Made by a program: the position numbers and the translations under genes
In this document: positions 37,115-46,800 of the stretch, piece after piece
Position numbering within the stretch: the stretch's first letter is position 1
How the letters are laid out: each line of letters opens with the position of its first letter
From: an uncultured Phascolarctobacterium sp.
Lineage (GTDB): Bacteria > Bacillota > Negativicutes > Acidaminococcales > Acidaminococcaceae
Assembly: GCF_905212365.1 (NCBI RefSeq)
Contig: NZ_CAJMEH010000002.1
Span: 6,683-70,682 of the forward strand
DNA length: 64,000 nucleotides
Direction: 5' to 3'
The notes under the pieces: generated by a model
Database searches by the model: none
Seen by the model: only the letters and a program-made list of their open reading frames with translations
Told to the model about the DNA's origin: nothing

Positions 37115-37543
37115 TTATTGCATTTTGGCAATGACTTCTTTAGTAACGTCGGTGCCGCCTTGAGGAACGGCTTCTTTAATCATAATAGCGCCTAAATTCT
37201 TTTCCTTAGCTACCTGATTAAGAGCGGTATCCAGGCTGGCCTTCAGCTTATTCTGTGCCTCGCTTTGAATCAGCTTGGCCTTAGCGCCGTAATCCTCGGC
37301 AATCTTGGCGGCTTCTTCGCCGTTCTTGCCTTCCATATCCTTATCCATTTGCGCCTTTAAGTCGGTCATCTGCTTGGTTACGTCTTCCTTAGTGTTTTTA
37401 ACTACGGGAGCTTCCGTTTCCACCTGCTTCATATCAACCACGCCAAATTCCGCGTTGCGGCCGCTGCAGCCAAAGGTCAGCATAGAGACTGCAACCAGCA
37501 AGCCTGCAATTATTTTTTTCATGTTCAAAACCTCGCTTATCAT
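37115..37543 (-). CDS. skp: OmpH/Skp family periplasmic chaperone (copy 1), probable lipoprotein
   Basis: Signal peptide with LTFGCSG lipobox. Lys/Glu/Ala-rich coiled-coil of about 140 aa. Confidence 0.6.
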   Translation of the reverse strand: MISEVLNMKKIIAGLLVAVSMLTFGCSGRNAEFGVVDMKQVETEAPVVKNTKEDVTKQMTDLKAQMDKDMEGKNGEEAAKIAEDYGAKAKLIQSEAQNKLKASLDTALNQVAKEKNLGAIMIKEAVPQGGTDVTKEVIAKMQ

Positions 37544-37553
37544 ATTCTTTGCT

Positions 37554-38474
37554 TTATTGTTTATTCAGATTTCTGATCACAAGGTCCGTTATATCTTCGG
37601 CCTTGAGATTAACCTTATATTGATTAAATACTATGGTATAGCCGCGTTCGTGGGCCAAACGCACAGCCTGACTTTCAATATCCTTATTAATCTGCTGCTT
37701 GAGCCGGTCGTTCTTATCCTGCTGCTTGGCAATCTCGCGGTCCATAATCGCCAATGCGTTCTGCAGCGCTTTGGGAGCGGCGCTCATCAGCTCCTTGTCC
37801 CGGGCGTCCTTATCCGACAGCTGCGACTGCATTTTGCTGCGGTAAGCTTCTGCAGCCTGCGCCATACGCTGCTGCATCTGCGCCACGTAAGGCCGCACCT
37901 TAGCGTCCACCAAAGCGCGCTGTTCCCGCTCCAGCTCCATAATACGGCGGCCGCGTTCCAGCTGCATTTCCTGCAGCTCCTTTTCCAACGCCTGACGCTC
38001 GTCGCGCTTGAGCCTGATGGATTCCAGCAGGGCCCGCAGATTAAAAATTTTCAGCTGATAGCTGTCCTCGATTTCCTTTTTCCGCGGAGCCAGCTGCTCT
38101 GCCGCTTCCTTCTCGGCTGCGGCGATAAAGCTTTGCAGCTTTTTATTTTCTATTTCCCGCTGCTCTACCATCCTGGTATTAAAGTCAGCAGTCAAATAGC
38201 TGTGCTCGCTGAGCTGCCGCAAATTGCGCAGCTTATTCAAGCTGCCCATTTGCGCCTGCGCCAGCTTTTCCTGTCCCTGCCGTTTTCCCAGCAAATCCTT
38301 GAGCACGCCCTCGCCCTGCTTAAGCTTGCCGTATTGCGGATGCTCGCTGAAAGCTCTCTCCCAGTTAACCACGGCGATCTTATCCTGCTGTCCCAAACTA
38401 CTGACGCCGCAAGCTGAAATCAGCAGGGCCGCTGCTGCTACAGCGGCTATCTTCCCCAGCCGTTTCCCAACCAT
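37554..38474 (-). CDS. OmpH-like coiled-coil periplasmic protein (copy 2, extended)
   Basis: Signal/lipobox LLISACG, a 306-aa coiled-coil, and a C-terminus (VFNQYKVNLKAEDITDLV) resembling Skp. Confidence 0.45.
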   Translation of the reverse strand: MVGKRLGKIAAVAAAALLISACGVSSLGQQDKIAVVNWERAFSEHPQYGKLKQGEGVLKDLLGKRQGQEKLAQAQMGSLNKLRNLRQLSEHSYLTADFNTRMVEQREIENKKLQSFIAAAEKEAAEQLAPRKKEIEDSYQLKIFNLRALLESIRLKRDERQALEKELQEMQLERGRRIMELEREQRALVDAKVRPYVAQMQQRMAQAAEAYRSKMQSQLSDKDARDKELMSAAPKALQNALAIMDREIAKQQDKNDRLKQQINKDIESQAVRLAHERGYTIVFNQYKVNLKAEDITDLVIRNLNKQ

Positions 38475-38551
38475 GACAACCTCCTCATGCCGACAACACG
38501 ATAATCTGCCCTACGGCTCAAATAGAAACATCTTTATAAGGCGCTAAAGCC

Positions 38552-39082
38552 TTATTTACCGGACTGCAAAGCCTTGGCTACCTCATCCGTAATATCCACG
38601 CCGCCGTAAACTACGGTACTCTTTTCCACAACAACGGACAAGCCCTTCTTATCGGCTACTTTTTTAATCGTTGCTTCGATGCTTTTAATCACCGGGTCCA
38701 TAAGCTCCTTCTGCTTATTTTGCAAACGCTCCTGAATCTGGGTATAATAGCGTCTCTTTTCGGCCTCGTTCATTTCCTTGCTTTTTTCGTCAAAATCCTT
38801 TTGCGCATTCTCGATTTCCGTCTTCATAGCGTCGTCCACGCCTTTCAGGTCGGGGCTTTGCGAAATCAGCATCTGATAATTTACCACGCCGATAGCCGAT
38901 TCGCTGGACGCTGCGGAAGCAGTTTTGCCAAAGCCGCTTTGAGTCAAGGACAAAGCAAAGCAGCCTAAAACAAAGATGGCCGCTACAAAGAGAGACACCA
39001 GTTTTACATTTTTAGGATTACGCAATTGCTGCATCATAATCAGAATCCCTACTTTCTTTAATAAAAATTTAGATAGATACAC
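38552..39082 (-). CDS. skp: OmpH/Skp family periplasmic chaperone (copy 3)
   Basis: Signal peptide, coiled-coil and a C-terminal GLSVVVEKSTVVYGGVDITDEV, the Skp family C-terminus. Confidence 0.6.
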   Translation of the reverse strand: MYLSKFLLKKVGILIMMQQLRNPKNVKLVSLFVAAIFVLGCFALSLTQSGFGKTASAASSESAIGVVNYQMLISQSPDLKGVDDAMKTEIENAQKDFDEKSKEMNEAEKRRYYTQIQERLQNKQKELMDPVIKSIEATIKKVADKKGLSVVVEKSTVVYGGVDITDEVAKALQSGK

Positions 39083-39128
39083 ATATATAGTTTATTATAG
39101 CAGTCTGCAACCATTCTTTCAAGAATTG

Positions 39129-40406
39129 CTACAGATTTCCTATAATTCGTAAATAAAATTCATCGCCGCCATAGACGTACTCGGCGCTCAGGAATTCGTG
39201 AATGCGGTACCGCACACCAAATTCATTGCGGTCGTCTCCCGAAAAATGCTCAGCACGCAAGCGCCACTTGGGGCTTAAATTATATTCCAGCCGGTAATCG
39301 TTATCGCCTATGGGCATCCGCCGCATATAGCTCCACACGCTTTTACCCCAATAGCGGGCATAGCCTGCGCCGAAGCGCCACTCTACGTCGTCCAGAATAA
39401 CCTCCGCTTCGCCGAAAGCCTCGTCCCGCGGCGAAATAAACTTGCCTATATGCGCCTTGCCGGAAAGGTTATCGCTATCGCGGCCAATATCGCCGTAACC
39501 CTCGAACCACAGCTTATAATCGTCCGAATTAATCATAATATTCACGCCAAGATTAGCGCCCGGCGTGAGCCGTACCGACGGCTGTAAATGAAATTTCTGC
39601 ACTGCCGTTTCCGCCAGCAGCTTATCCGTCAGCATTTGCTCCAGCTCGGCCTTGTGGGCCTGCACATAAGCTACCGGCAGCCCCCGCAGCCTGTCGCATT
39701 CAGACAGGTACTTATATTTCAGCTCCATAAGCAGAATATTAGGAATGGCTTCGCTGCGCAGCTCGTATTTAATATTGCTCACCAGCTGCCCTACGGGATA
39801 AATAACCACCTGCACTACGGTACTTTGCCTATCCTGCACCACGTCCACAGCCGCCTTAAATTCCGGCAGCCGTTCTTCTACCTGCTGCCGCGCCATTTTA
39901 CGCAGCACGCCGCCGGCCCAATCGCCTGCGTCCTCGGACGCGCCGCTGATGGCCTGCTCCAGCTCCCGCTTGAGCGACGGTATCCGCTGCTGCAGCAGCT
40001 CCGCTGTCTGCGGCTCCACGCCGGAAAACTGCAGATCCACTGTCGGCTGGCTGATAATCCTGTTCCAGGGCCTGGCATAAAGCACAATCTCAGTATGCGC
40101 GCCCGGCTGCAGCCGCACCTCGCTCAGCTCGTAGCCCGTAAAAACACGGTCGCCTATTTCCGTCAGCAAGCGTTTATAATCCTCTCCGGCGGCGGCTACT
40201 TTAGCAACGTCCTTGTCCAAAAAAAGCTGGTCGGCGACCACCTGCATACTGCCGCTCATTTTATCCAGCAGGATCTGGCTGGTGCCGCCGTTAACGTCCA
40301 CCACCTGCACGCTGACATTTTCAATTTGCGCAGAAAAAGCTTGCTGCAATGGCAAGCATGTCATTGCAGCAAGGATTAAAATTGTATTCAGCTTCATTAC
40401 AGCCAT
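39129..40406 (-). CDS. hypothetical secreted, probable outer-membrane protein
   Basis: Signal peptide MAVMKLNTILILAAMTCLPLQQAFSA. The C-terminal 150 aa are rich in alternating aromatic/Gly beta-strand patterns. Located between skp and bamA. Confidence 0.35.
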   Translation of the reverse strand: MAVMKLNTILILAAMTCLPLQQAFSAQIENVSVQVVDVNGGTSQILLDKMSGSMQVVADQLFLDKDVAKVAAAGEDYKRLLTEIGDRVFTGYELSEVRLQPGAHTEIVLYARPWNRIISQPTVDLQFSGVEPQTAELLQQRIPSLKRELEQAISGASEDAGDWAGGVLRKMARQQVEERLPEFKAAVDVVQDRQSTVVQVVIYPVGQLVSNIKYELRSEAIPNILLMELKYKYLSECDRLRGLPVAYVQAHKAELEQMLTDKLLAETAVQKFHLQPSVRLTPGANLGVNIMINSDDYKLWFEGYGDIGRDSDNLSGKAHIGKFISPRDEAFGEAEVILDDVEWRFGAGYARYWGKSVWSYMRRMPIGDNDYRLEYNLSPKWRLRAEHFSGDDRNEFGVRYRIHEFLSAEYVYGGDEFYLRIIGNL

Positions 40407-40417
40407 CGCCCCACAGC

Positions 40418-42559
40418 TTAGAACTGTCCGCCAAAGCTAAAGTGGAACTTGCCGCCGTCCTCACCGTAGCCATAATCCAGTTTAACAGGGCCCAAAGGAG
40501 AATTGATGCGCAGGCCCACGCCGTAGCTGTTCTTAATCAGGCCGAAATCAAATTCATCCTCATGGCGTTTATCCCAAGCGTAACCGTTATCGGTAAAGAG
40601 TACGCCCTGTACCTTTTTGACAATGGGGAAGCGGTATTCCAGCGTGGCCTTAACCATGCTGTTGCCGCGGAACTGATCGTCCTCGTAGCCGCGCAGGGTA
40701 TCGCTGCCGCCCATGGAGAAGCGCTGGCTCAGCGGCATATCGCCGTCGGCATAGCCTGCGCCCAGGTTCAAAGCCCAAACGCTTTCGCCGCCAGCACGGT
40801 AATAGTAGCGGTAGTCGGCGGTAAATTTAGTAAAGTCAAAATCGCCGCCCAGACCGCCGGCCCACTCTAAGCTGTAGCCGATACGTTTGCCCTCGTGGGG
40901 GTCGTAAATATTATCGCGGGAATCGAAAACGCGCCCCAGCGTAATACTGCGCGTCGTACCGAAGTTTTCCTTACGGCGTTCTTCGGCAGTTGGCGGCATC
41001 CAGCTTTCTTCGAATTTACCGCTTTCGTTAAACTGGTCCTCATAATATTGGTCTTTATCGTCTTCGTAGCCGTCAGCTTCGCCCTTATAAATATCCTCGC
41101 GGTTTTTCAGAGTAACGTAATTGCTTACATACTCGTTATTGGTTTTGCGGCTGAAAGTAATTTCCTGGCCGCGGCGCTTTTTATCATAACGCGCAATTTC
41201 GTCGCCATGAATATCATAGTCGGCGTATTCGTTAGTAATATCGTACAAATTCAGCGTAGCGCTGGTTTCCTTATTGTCAATCCACGGACGGGTATAGCTG
41301 AAATCATAGTTCTTGTTATCCTCGCCGCCAAACTCCCAACGGATATTGATTTTATCGCCGGTGCCGCGGAAGTTCTTATCGCCAATGGAAATCATACCGA
41401 CAAAGCCGTCGGCGTTGCTGTAGCCTGCGCCAATGCCGAAAGTACCGGTATTCATTTCCACTACCGAAATTTCTACCTCTACGGAATTAGGCTCGCGGCC
41501 GGGGTTCAGCTTAATATTAACGTCTTCAAAATAGCCCAGGTTGTACACGCGCTGCATACTGCGGCGAGCATCCTTGGCGTTAAAGGGCTTACCCTTTTTC
41601 AGCTTCATTTCGCGGGTAATGACGTAATCCTTACATTTTACATTGCCCTTTACCTTGAAGTCCTCAACAATGCCCTCGTTGACAGTCACGTTCAGCGTAC
41701 CGTCCTGCTCCATATGCACGTCCGTTACGCGCGCCAGAATATAGCCGTTGGAACGGTATTCCTCCTCCAGCCTCTGCACGCTTTTATTGATTTGCTTCAA
41801 ATTGGCGACCTTGCCCTGCTCCAGGTCAAAGCAGGCGTCCACCTTTTTGCTGTCGATAACCGTATTGCCCTGCACCTTAACGGACTTATACACGGGGTTT
41901 TCCAGCACATGGTAAATAACCTGCACGCCCTCCGGCACAGCTTTAAATTCCGGATGCAGATCGTAGAACCAGCCCATATCGTAAATGGCGCTCAAGTCCT
42001 CCGTCAGTCCGGCTTCCGTAAATTCCATACCGGGTTTAGTCTTCAGCACCGCTAAAACCTCCTCTTCGGGAACGGTAGCGTTGCCTTCGATTATCTGCTT
42101 GGTAATGGTTTTGCCCACATACGGCTCCAGCCTGTTTTCTTCTTGCTTCTGCTCCTGAACGGCAGCTGCTTCTGCCGCAGGCTCCTGCACAGCTTCGGCT
42201 GCAGGCTCTGCTTGCTTCTCAGGCTCCTGCGCCTTTTGCGCGTCAGATTCCGCCGACACGGCAGCAGCCTCGGGCTCGTCTGCGGGAGCTGCCGCAGCTG
42301 CGTCGGCAGGCGCTGTATCCTTCTGAGCGCCGGCTGCAGCCGCAGTCTGGGCAGCGTTTTCACGCGCCGCAGCAGCGTAGGCTGTTTCCACGGAGTCCGT
42401 TTCTGCAGCAGACTCCAGCACGGCTGGCGGAGTCGCAGCCTCCGCAATTTGTATATCATCAGCATAAACCGGCAAGCCCAGCAGCATTGCTGCCAAGCCC
42501 ACCCTCAAAGGCTGCCGTAGGGTTCTTTTCATCAATGGATTATCCTCCTTGCGCTTCAT
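40418..42559 (-). CDS. bamA: outer membrane protein assembly factor BamA (Omp85) with an N-terminal Ala/Glu/Pro-rich low-complexity extension
   Basis: POTRA-like repeats and a C-terminal beta-barrel ending ...KFHFSFGGQF (terminal aromatic). 713 aa. Confidence 0.85.
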   Translation of the reverse strand: MKRKEDNPLMKRTLRQPLRVGLAAMLLGLPVYADDIQIAEAATPPAVLESAAETDSVETAYAAAARENAAQTAAAAGAQKDTAPADAAAAAPADEPEAAAVSAESDAQKAQEPEKQAEPAAEAVQEPAAEAAAVQEQKQEENRLEPYVGKTITKQIIEGNATVPEEEVLAVLKTKPGMEFTEAGLTEDLSAIYDMGWFYDLHPEFKAVPEGVQVIYHVLENPVYKSVKVQGNTVIDSKKVDACFDLEQGKVANLKQINKSVQRLEEEYRSNGYILARVTDVHMEQDGTLNVTVNEGIVEDFKVKGNVKCKDYVITREMKLKKGKPFNAKDARRSMQRVYNLGYFEDVNIKLNPGREPNSVEVEISVVEMNTGTFGIGAGYSNADGFVGMISIGDKNFRGTGDKINIRWEFGGEDNKNYDFSYTRPWIDNKETSATLNLYDITNEYADYDIHGDEIARYDKKRRGQEITFSRKTNNEYVSNYVTLKNREDIYKGEADGYEDDKDQYYEDQFNESGKFEESWMPPTAEERRKENFGTTRSITLGRVFDSRDNIYDPHEGKRIGYSLEWAGGLGGDFDFTKFTADYRYYYRAGGESVWALNLGAGYADGDMPLSQRFSMGGSDTLRGYEDDQFRGNSMVKATLEYRFPIVKKVQGVLFTDNGYAWDKRHEDEFDFGLIKNSYGVGLRINSPLGPVKLDYGYGEDGGKFHFSFGGQF

Positions 42560-43041
42560 TTAGAGTTGCTCAACTCTAATCGTGCCGACTGTACCAGTCT
42601 GTGCATATCGGCTTTAGATATATTAACCTGCTGCTTTTCAGACGCTGCCGCCTGAGCAGGAATATCCTGCTTAACTATTTTTTCCACAACAACCGCCTTG
42701 ACAGGCGCTGCCTGCCGTACCGGCACAACCGCAGAAGCTGCCGTATGTGCTTCTGCCGGAGCCGCCACGGCTCTGCGCTGTAAATAATGGTCCTTGGCGC
42801 AATACCAGCCGCCGAAGCCCGTCAGCACTAGCAGCACTGCGGCACAGGCCGCCAAAAGATGGCGGTTCCAGCTCCAGGGAACGTCCTTTTTCCGGCGCAG
42901 GTTTTTCAGCTCGGCTTCCGCCAGCATCAGGTCAAGCTCGCCGCGAATATCCTTATTGTCCAAAAAGCTGCGTTCCGCATTATCCAAGCTGCTTTTAACG
43001 CAGCGGATACGCTGAAACAGCGAACGGCTTGAGCGCTCCAT
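42556..43041 (-). CDS. putative membrane-anchored anti-sigma factor
   Basis: 161 aa with a cytoplasmic N-terminus, one TM helix (LLAACAAVLLVLTGFGGWY) and a periplasmic tail. Immediately downstream of the sigma factor. 4-nt overlap with the bamA start. Confidence 0.35.
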   Translation of the reverse strand: MERSSRSLFQRIRCVKSSLDNAERSFLDNKDIRGELDLMLAEAELKNLRRKKDVPWSWNRHLLAACAAVLLVLTGFGGWYCAKDHYLQRRAVAAPAEAHTAASAVVPVRQAAPVKAVVVEKIVKQDIPAQAAASEKQQVNISKADMHRLVQSARLELSNSK

Positions 43042-43206
43042 AGTAAAACCCCTTTCTGCCGGAATAAAATAAGCTAAATAACTATACTTACAATAATCAT
43101 CTGCGCCGCTTATATTTTTACGGCTCGTTTTCGCAGATTTTTCCTGTTTTAAAGCGATTTACGCTGAAATACTTCTGTTTACTCAATAAATGCACTTATA
43201 AATAAA

Positions 43207-43872
43207 TTATTCCTTATTAAAATCGTGCATAAAACGGGAAAGCATGCCGCGAATACGGCGCACTCCCTGCTTCTGCAGACGGTACACATGCCCCAGACTG
43301 ACATCTATAGCCTCGGCCACGGCCTGCGCGGGCCTGTCCTCCAGATACATACCCTGCAGCACCTGCTGTTCCTTAGCAGGCAGGCGGTCCATAGCCTGAG
43401 CCACTTTTTCCTGCAGCAGCTTACGCTCAGCCAGCTCCGTAGGCGAAGCCAGCGCCGACGGCAGCGCGTCGCTTAAAGTAAAGCCCTGACCGATATCGCT
43501 GTCCAGATACAGCAGTCCCTTGTCCGAGCTGCGGCGCAGATAATCCACCATACTGCCTTTAATACGGTAGGTAGCAAACAGGCTGAAGGCTACCTGACGC
43601 TTATAATCGTAATTTTCCGCTGCCTCCAGCAGGCCAACCATACCTTCCTGGATAAGCTCCAGCGTTTCTGCCTCCGGCAGCTTAAAGCCGACAGCCAGCT
43701 TAAAAACCAACGGCTGATAAGCCGTCATCAAGCGCTGGTGCGCCGCAAAATCGCCCGCCGCTGAACGCTCCCACAAAGCGCGTTCCTCCTGCGGCTCCAG
43801 CAGCGGCGTTTTGCGCAGCTCATCCAAATAGCTTTGCAGCATGCTTCCACCTCCCCTCTTACTGGTTATCAA
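43207..43872 (-). CDS. RNA polymerase sigma factor, sigma-70 family group 3 (FliA/SigF-like)
   Basis: Region 2 (LVFKLAVGF...LIQEGMVGLLEAAENYD) and region 4 HTH (LPAKEQQVLQGMYLEDRPAQAVAEAIDVSLGHVYRLQKQGVRRIR). Confidence 0.7.
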   Translation of the reverse strand: MITSKRGGGSMLQSYLDELRKTPLLEPQEERALWERSAAGDFAAHQRLMTAYQPLVFKLAVGFKLPEAETLELIQEGMVGLLEAAENYDYKRQVAFSLFATYRIKGSMVDYLRRSSDKGLLYLDSDIGQGFTLSDALPSALASPTELAERKLLQEKVAQAMDRLPAKEQQVLQGMYLEDRPAQAVAEAIDVSLGHVYRLQKQGVRRIRGMLSRFMHDFNKE

Positions 43873-43878
43873 GCAAAA

Positions 43879-46800
43879 TTAAAAGCTGATTTTATATTCC
43901 AAGCCGTACCAATCTTCCGTATCCGACATATCGTAGCTGCGGGAGTAAGTAATATTAAAATGCCTGCTAATATCGTACTGCCCGAAAACACTTCTGTCAA
44001 GAGCGTCAAAGCTGGTTGTGTAACCTATCATCAATTTATCGTTCAGATATTTACTTACCAATACATTGTACTGGTTGCGCTCGTCCGGCGTAAGCTCCTG
44101 ATTGCGGTCTTTAGAGCTTTCAAAGCCGATACCGGAACGCACCTTGCCCGTATAAATGCGGAACTGGTCCAAGCCCAGCGTTTGCTTAACCCATGTTTCC
44201 ACGTCGCCCAGCACCGTCATTTGCAGGCCCACGGTCATCAGGTTATTCATGTCCTCGGACGTGACCTCGTTGCTGCCTGCCGTATCGCGCTGCAGCGTCA
44301 GCATTCTGATAATGGTATTGCGCTCCATGGGCGGATCGCTCTGCAGCTGCAAATCCATATTTTCCACAGGTCCGTTAATCTTCATAAAGATATTATAACG
44401 GCTGAAGCGAGCCGTGCTTTCCAGATTAACATTGGGCAGGAAGCTTCCCGGTTCAATCCAGTTCAGGCTTGCCTTATTCAGCTTAAAGTCGGTACGCAGA
44501 TAAGTAACGCTGCCCTTCTCCGCCCGAATCGTTCCGTCGATTAGCGGATACTTGCTGCTGCCTTTAATCTGAATGCCGCCGCCCAGCCAAATATCGTATA
44601 AATAGCTGTTATACAAATGAATTCTGCGCCCTAAATCCACGCGCATATCAAGTCCGATATTGCTTTCGCCCTCGCCCAGCTCCGGAATAGTCGGCATATT
44701 TACCAACACGTCGTCCAAAAGCACGCTGCCCTTAACCAAAGGACGATAAGCCATGGGAGGCGGCGCGTTATTGCTGCGCGGCTTACTAAAGTCGCGGTAT
44801 TTTTGCGGCTCGATAGTCACGTCGCTGTTAATGCTTCCGGTAAATATCTGGGAGGCAATTTCCGCATTCTTAGCCATAATATGCAGGCTGTAGCCTGTAT
44901 CCATGGACGTATTCAGCGCGTAGCTGCCCTCGGCAGCCAGCGTACCCTTGCCTAATTTAGTGGAAAGGTCGCGCAGCAGCACCGTATTACCGTTAAAATC
45001 AACGTCCAGGTTAATATTTTCCAGCACCGTATCTATATATTTCAGTTTTACCGCGCCTTCGGTAATCTTCAAAGAGCCAAAGAGCAAGGGCTCCTCCAAG
45101 GTACCGGCTAAACGTACCTGTCCCTGGGTATCGCCCACGCCCCATTCCACCATTTTGGTCATGGCCGGTAAAATTCCCATACGCGCCTCGTTCAAATCCG
45201 CAATAATATTCATCTGCGCGTGAGGATTGCGGCGCTGCTCCCGCGAGCGGAACAAATCCAAAGGAATATCGCCCTCGGCCTTAACGCCGTAGGCGTCCTT
45301 AACGGCAGAAAATTGCTGCAAATGGATATTATCATTATTCAGCGACAGCATAGCGGTTAACCGGTCTATGCTGACTCCGGCCACAGAGCCGTCGGCGATT
45401 TCCAAAGAGCCTGTTCCCTGAGGCTCGTCGATAGTGCCGCCCAGCTTCACCGTCATATCCATTTCGCCCTTAATCTCCGGCGGGTCCTTCATTACCGCCG
45501 TCACAATCGCCGGGTTAGCCTTGACGGAGGACAACGCCATATCCATGCCTTTCTTGCGCAAATCTATGCGTCCGTCGGCAACAATCAGGCCACGGTCGCT
45601 GACATCCTTTTGCTCCTGCAGCTTGACGTTATCAAAACTTACAATACCATTTTGCAGATGGCCGTTAAAATTCATATGGGCATAATTCAGCTCATGTATT
45701 TTAACGTCGTCGGCATTAACGGCAATGGTAATACCGCTGCCCTTGCCCTGCGGGTTAAAGCTCAGCTCGCCCTGCATCTGGCCGTTAATATCATAATCCT
45801 GCCGCGCCATACGCAGCAAACCGCCAATATCGCCCCATGCCATCAGCACCTTACCCTGTACAAAGCGCTGCACAGTATCGATATTGATATCGGCGCTGTA
45901 AATGCCATAGTTAAGCGGGTCGTCCTTATAAGGCTGCTTAAAGGATACCTGAAAAATATTTTTTTCTTTAGCGTTGCTGTCCAGCGTACCTTGCAGCTCG
46001 GACAGCACCTCGCCGTTAATGTAAATTTTTTCGCTGGCAATATCGCCGTTAAAGGTAGGACTGTTCAGCACGCCGCCTAAATGGCCCTTGGCGTCCAGCA
46101 AGCCGTCTAAATCCACAGTTTCATCTTTAATGGGCAAATGGGCCAAATCCACATTCTTAGCGTCCATATTAAAATCCAGACGCTGATCTGCCGTCATTAC
46201 GCCATCCAGCTTAATGCTGGCCAGGAAGGCCTGGATAAGGAAATTGTGCAGCTCCAGCCTGCCGTCCTCATAAATATAGCGCCCCGATACGCTGTTAAAC
46301 AGCTGCTTGGCCGCACTGCCGTCCGTAGCGTGAACCTCGCCATACACGGACGGATGGCTGACCGTGCCGCTGAGCTGCATAATATTATCCAAATTGCCCG
46401 TTACCGAAGCATCCGGCGCCAAAAGCTGCATAATGGGCTCGATGCGCACGCCCTGAGTTTCCAAGGACAGCTCGAAGGCAGGCTCCTCGCCGCGCAAATC
46501 TATGCTGCCGTCCAGGAAATGCTTGCCCTGTTCCATATTTGCCACCAGATTTTTAATCGTCAGCACATTGTCCTTCAAGCTGATAAAGCCGTGAGCCTCG
46601 TCAATCTTCTGCTTCAAAAATTCAGCCTGCGTTAGCTGTACCATACCGGAAAATTCCGGAGCCGTCAGCTTGCCGCCGATGGCAAAGCCCGTGGAGCACA
46701 GGCCGCTGGCTTCCTGCCCCGCCGCGATATCCAGCAAAGGATTTATGGGGAAATCGGCCATGCGTCCCTGCAAAGCCACCGTGCCGTCCTTCGCCACGCT

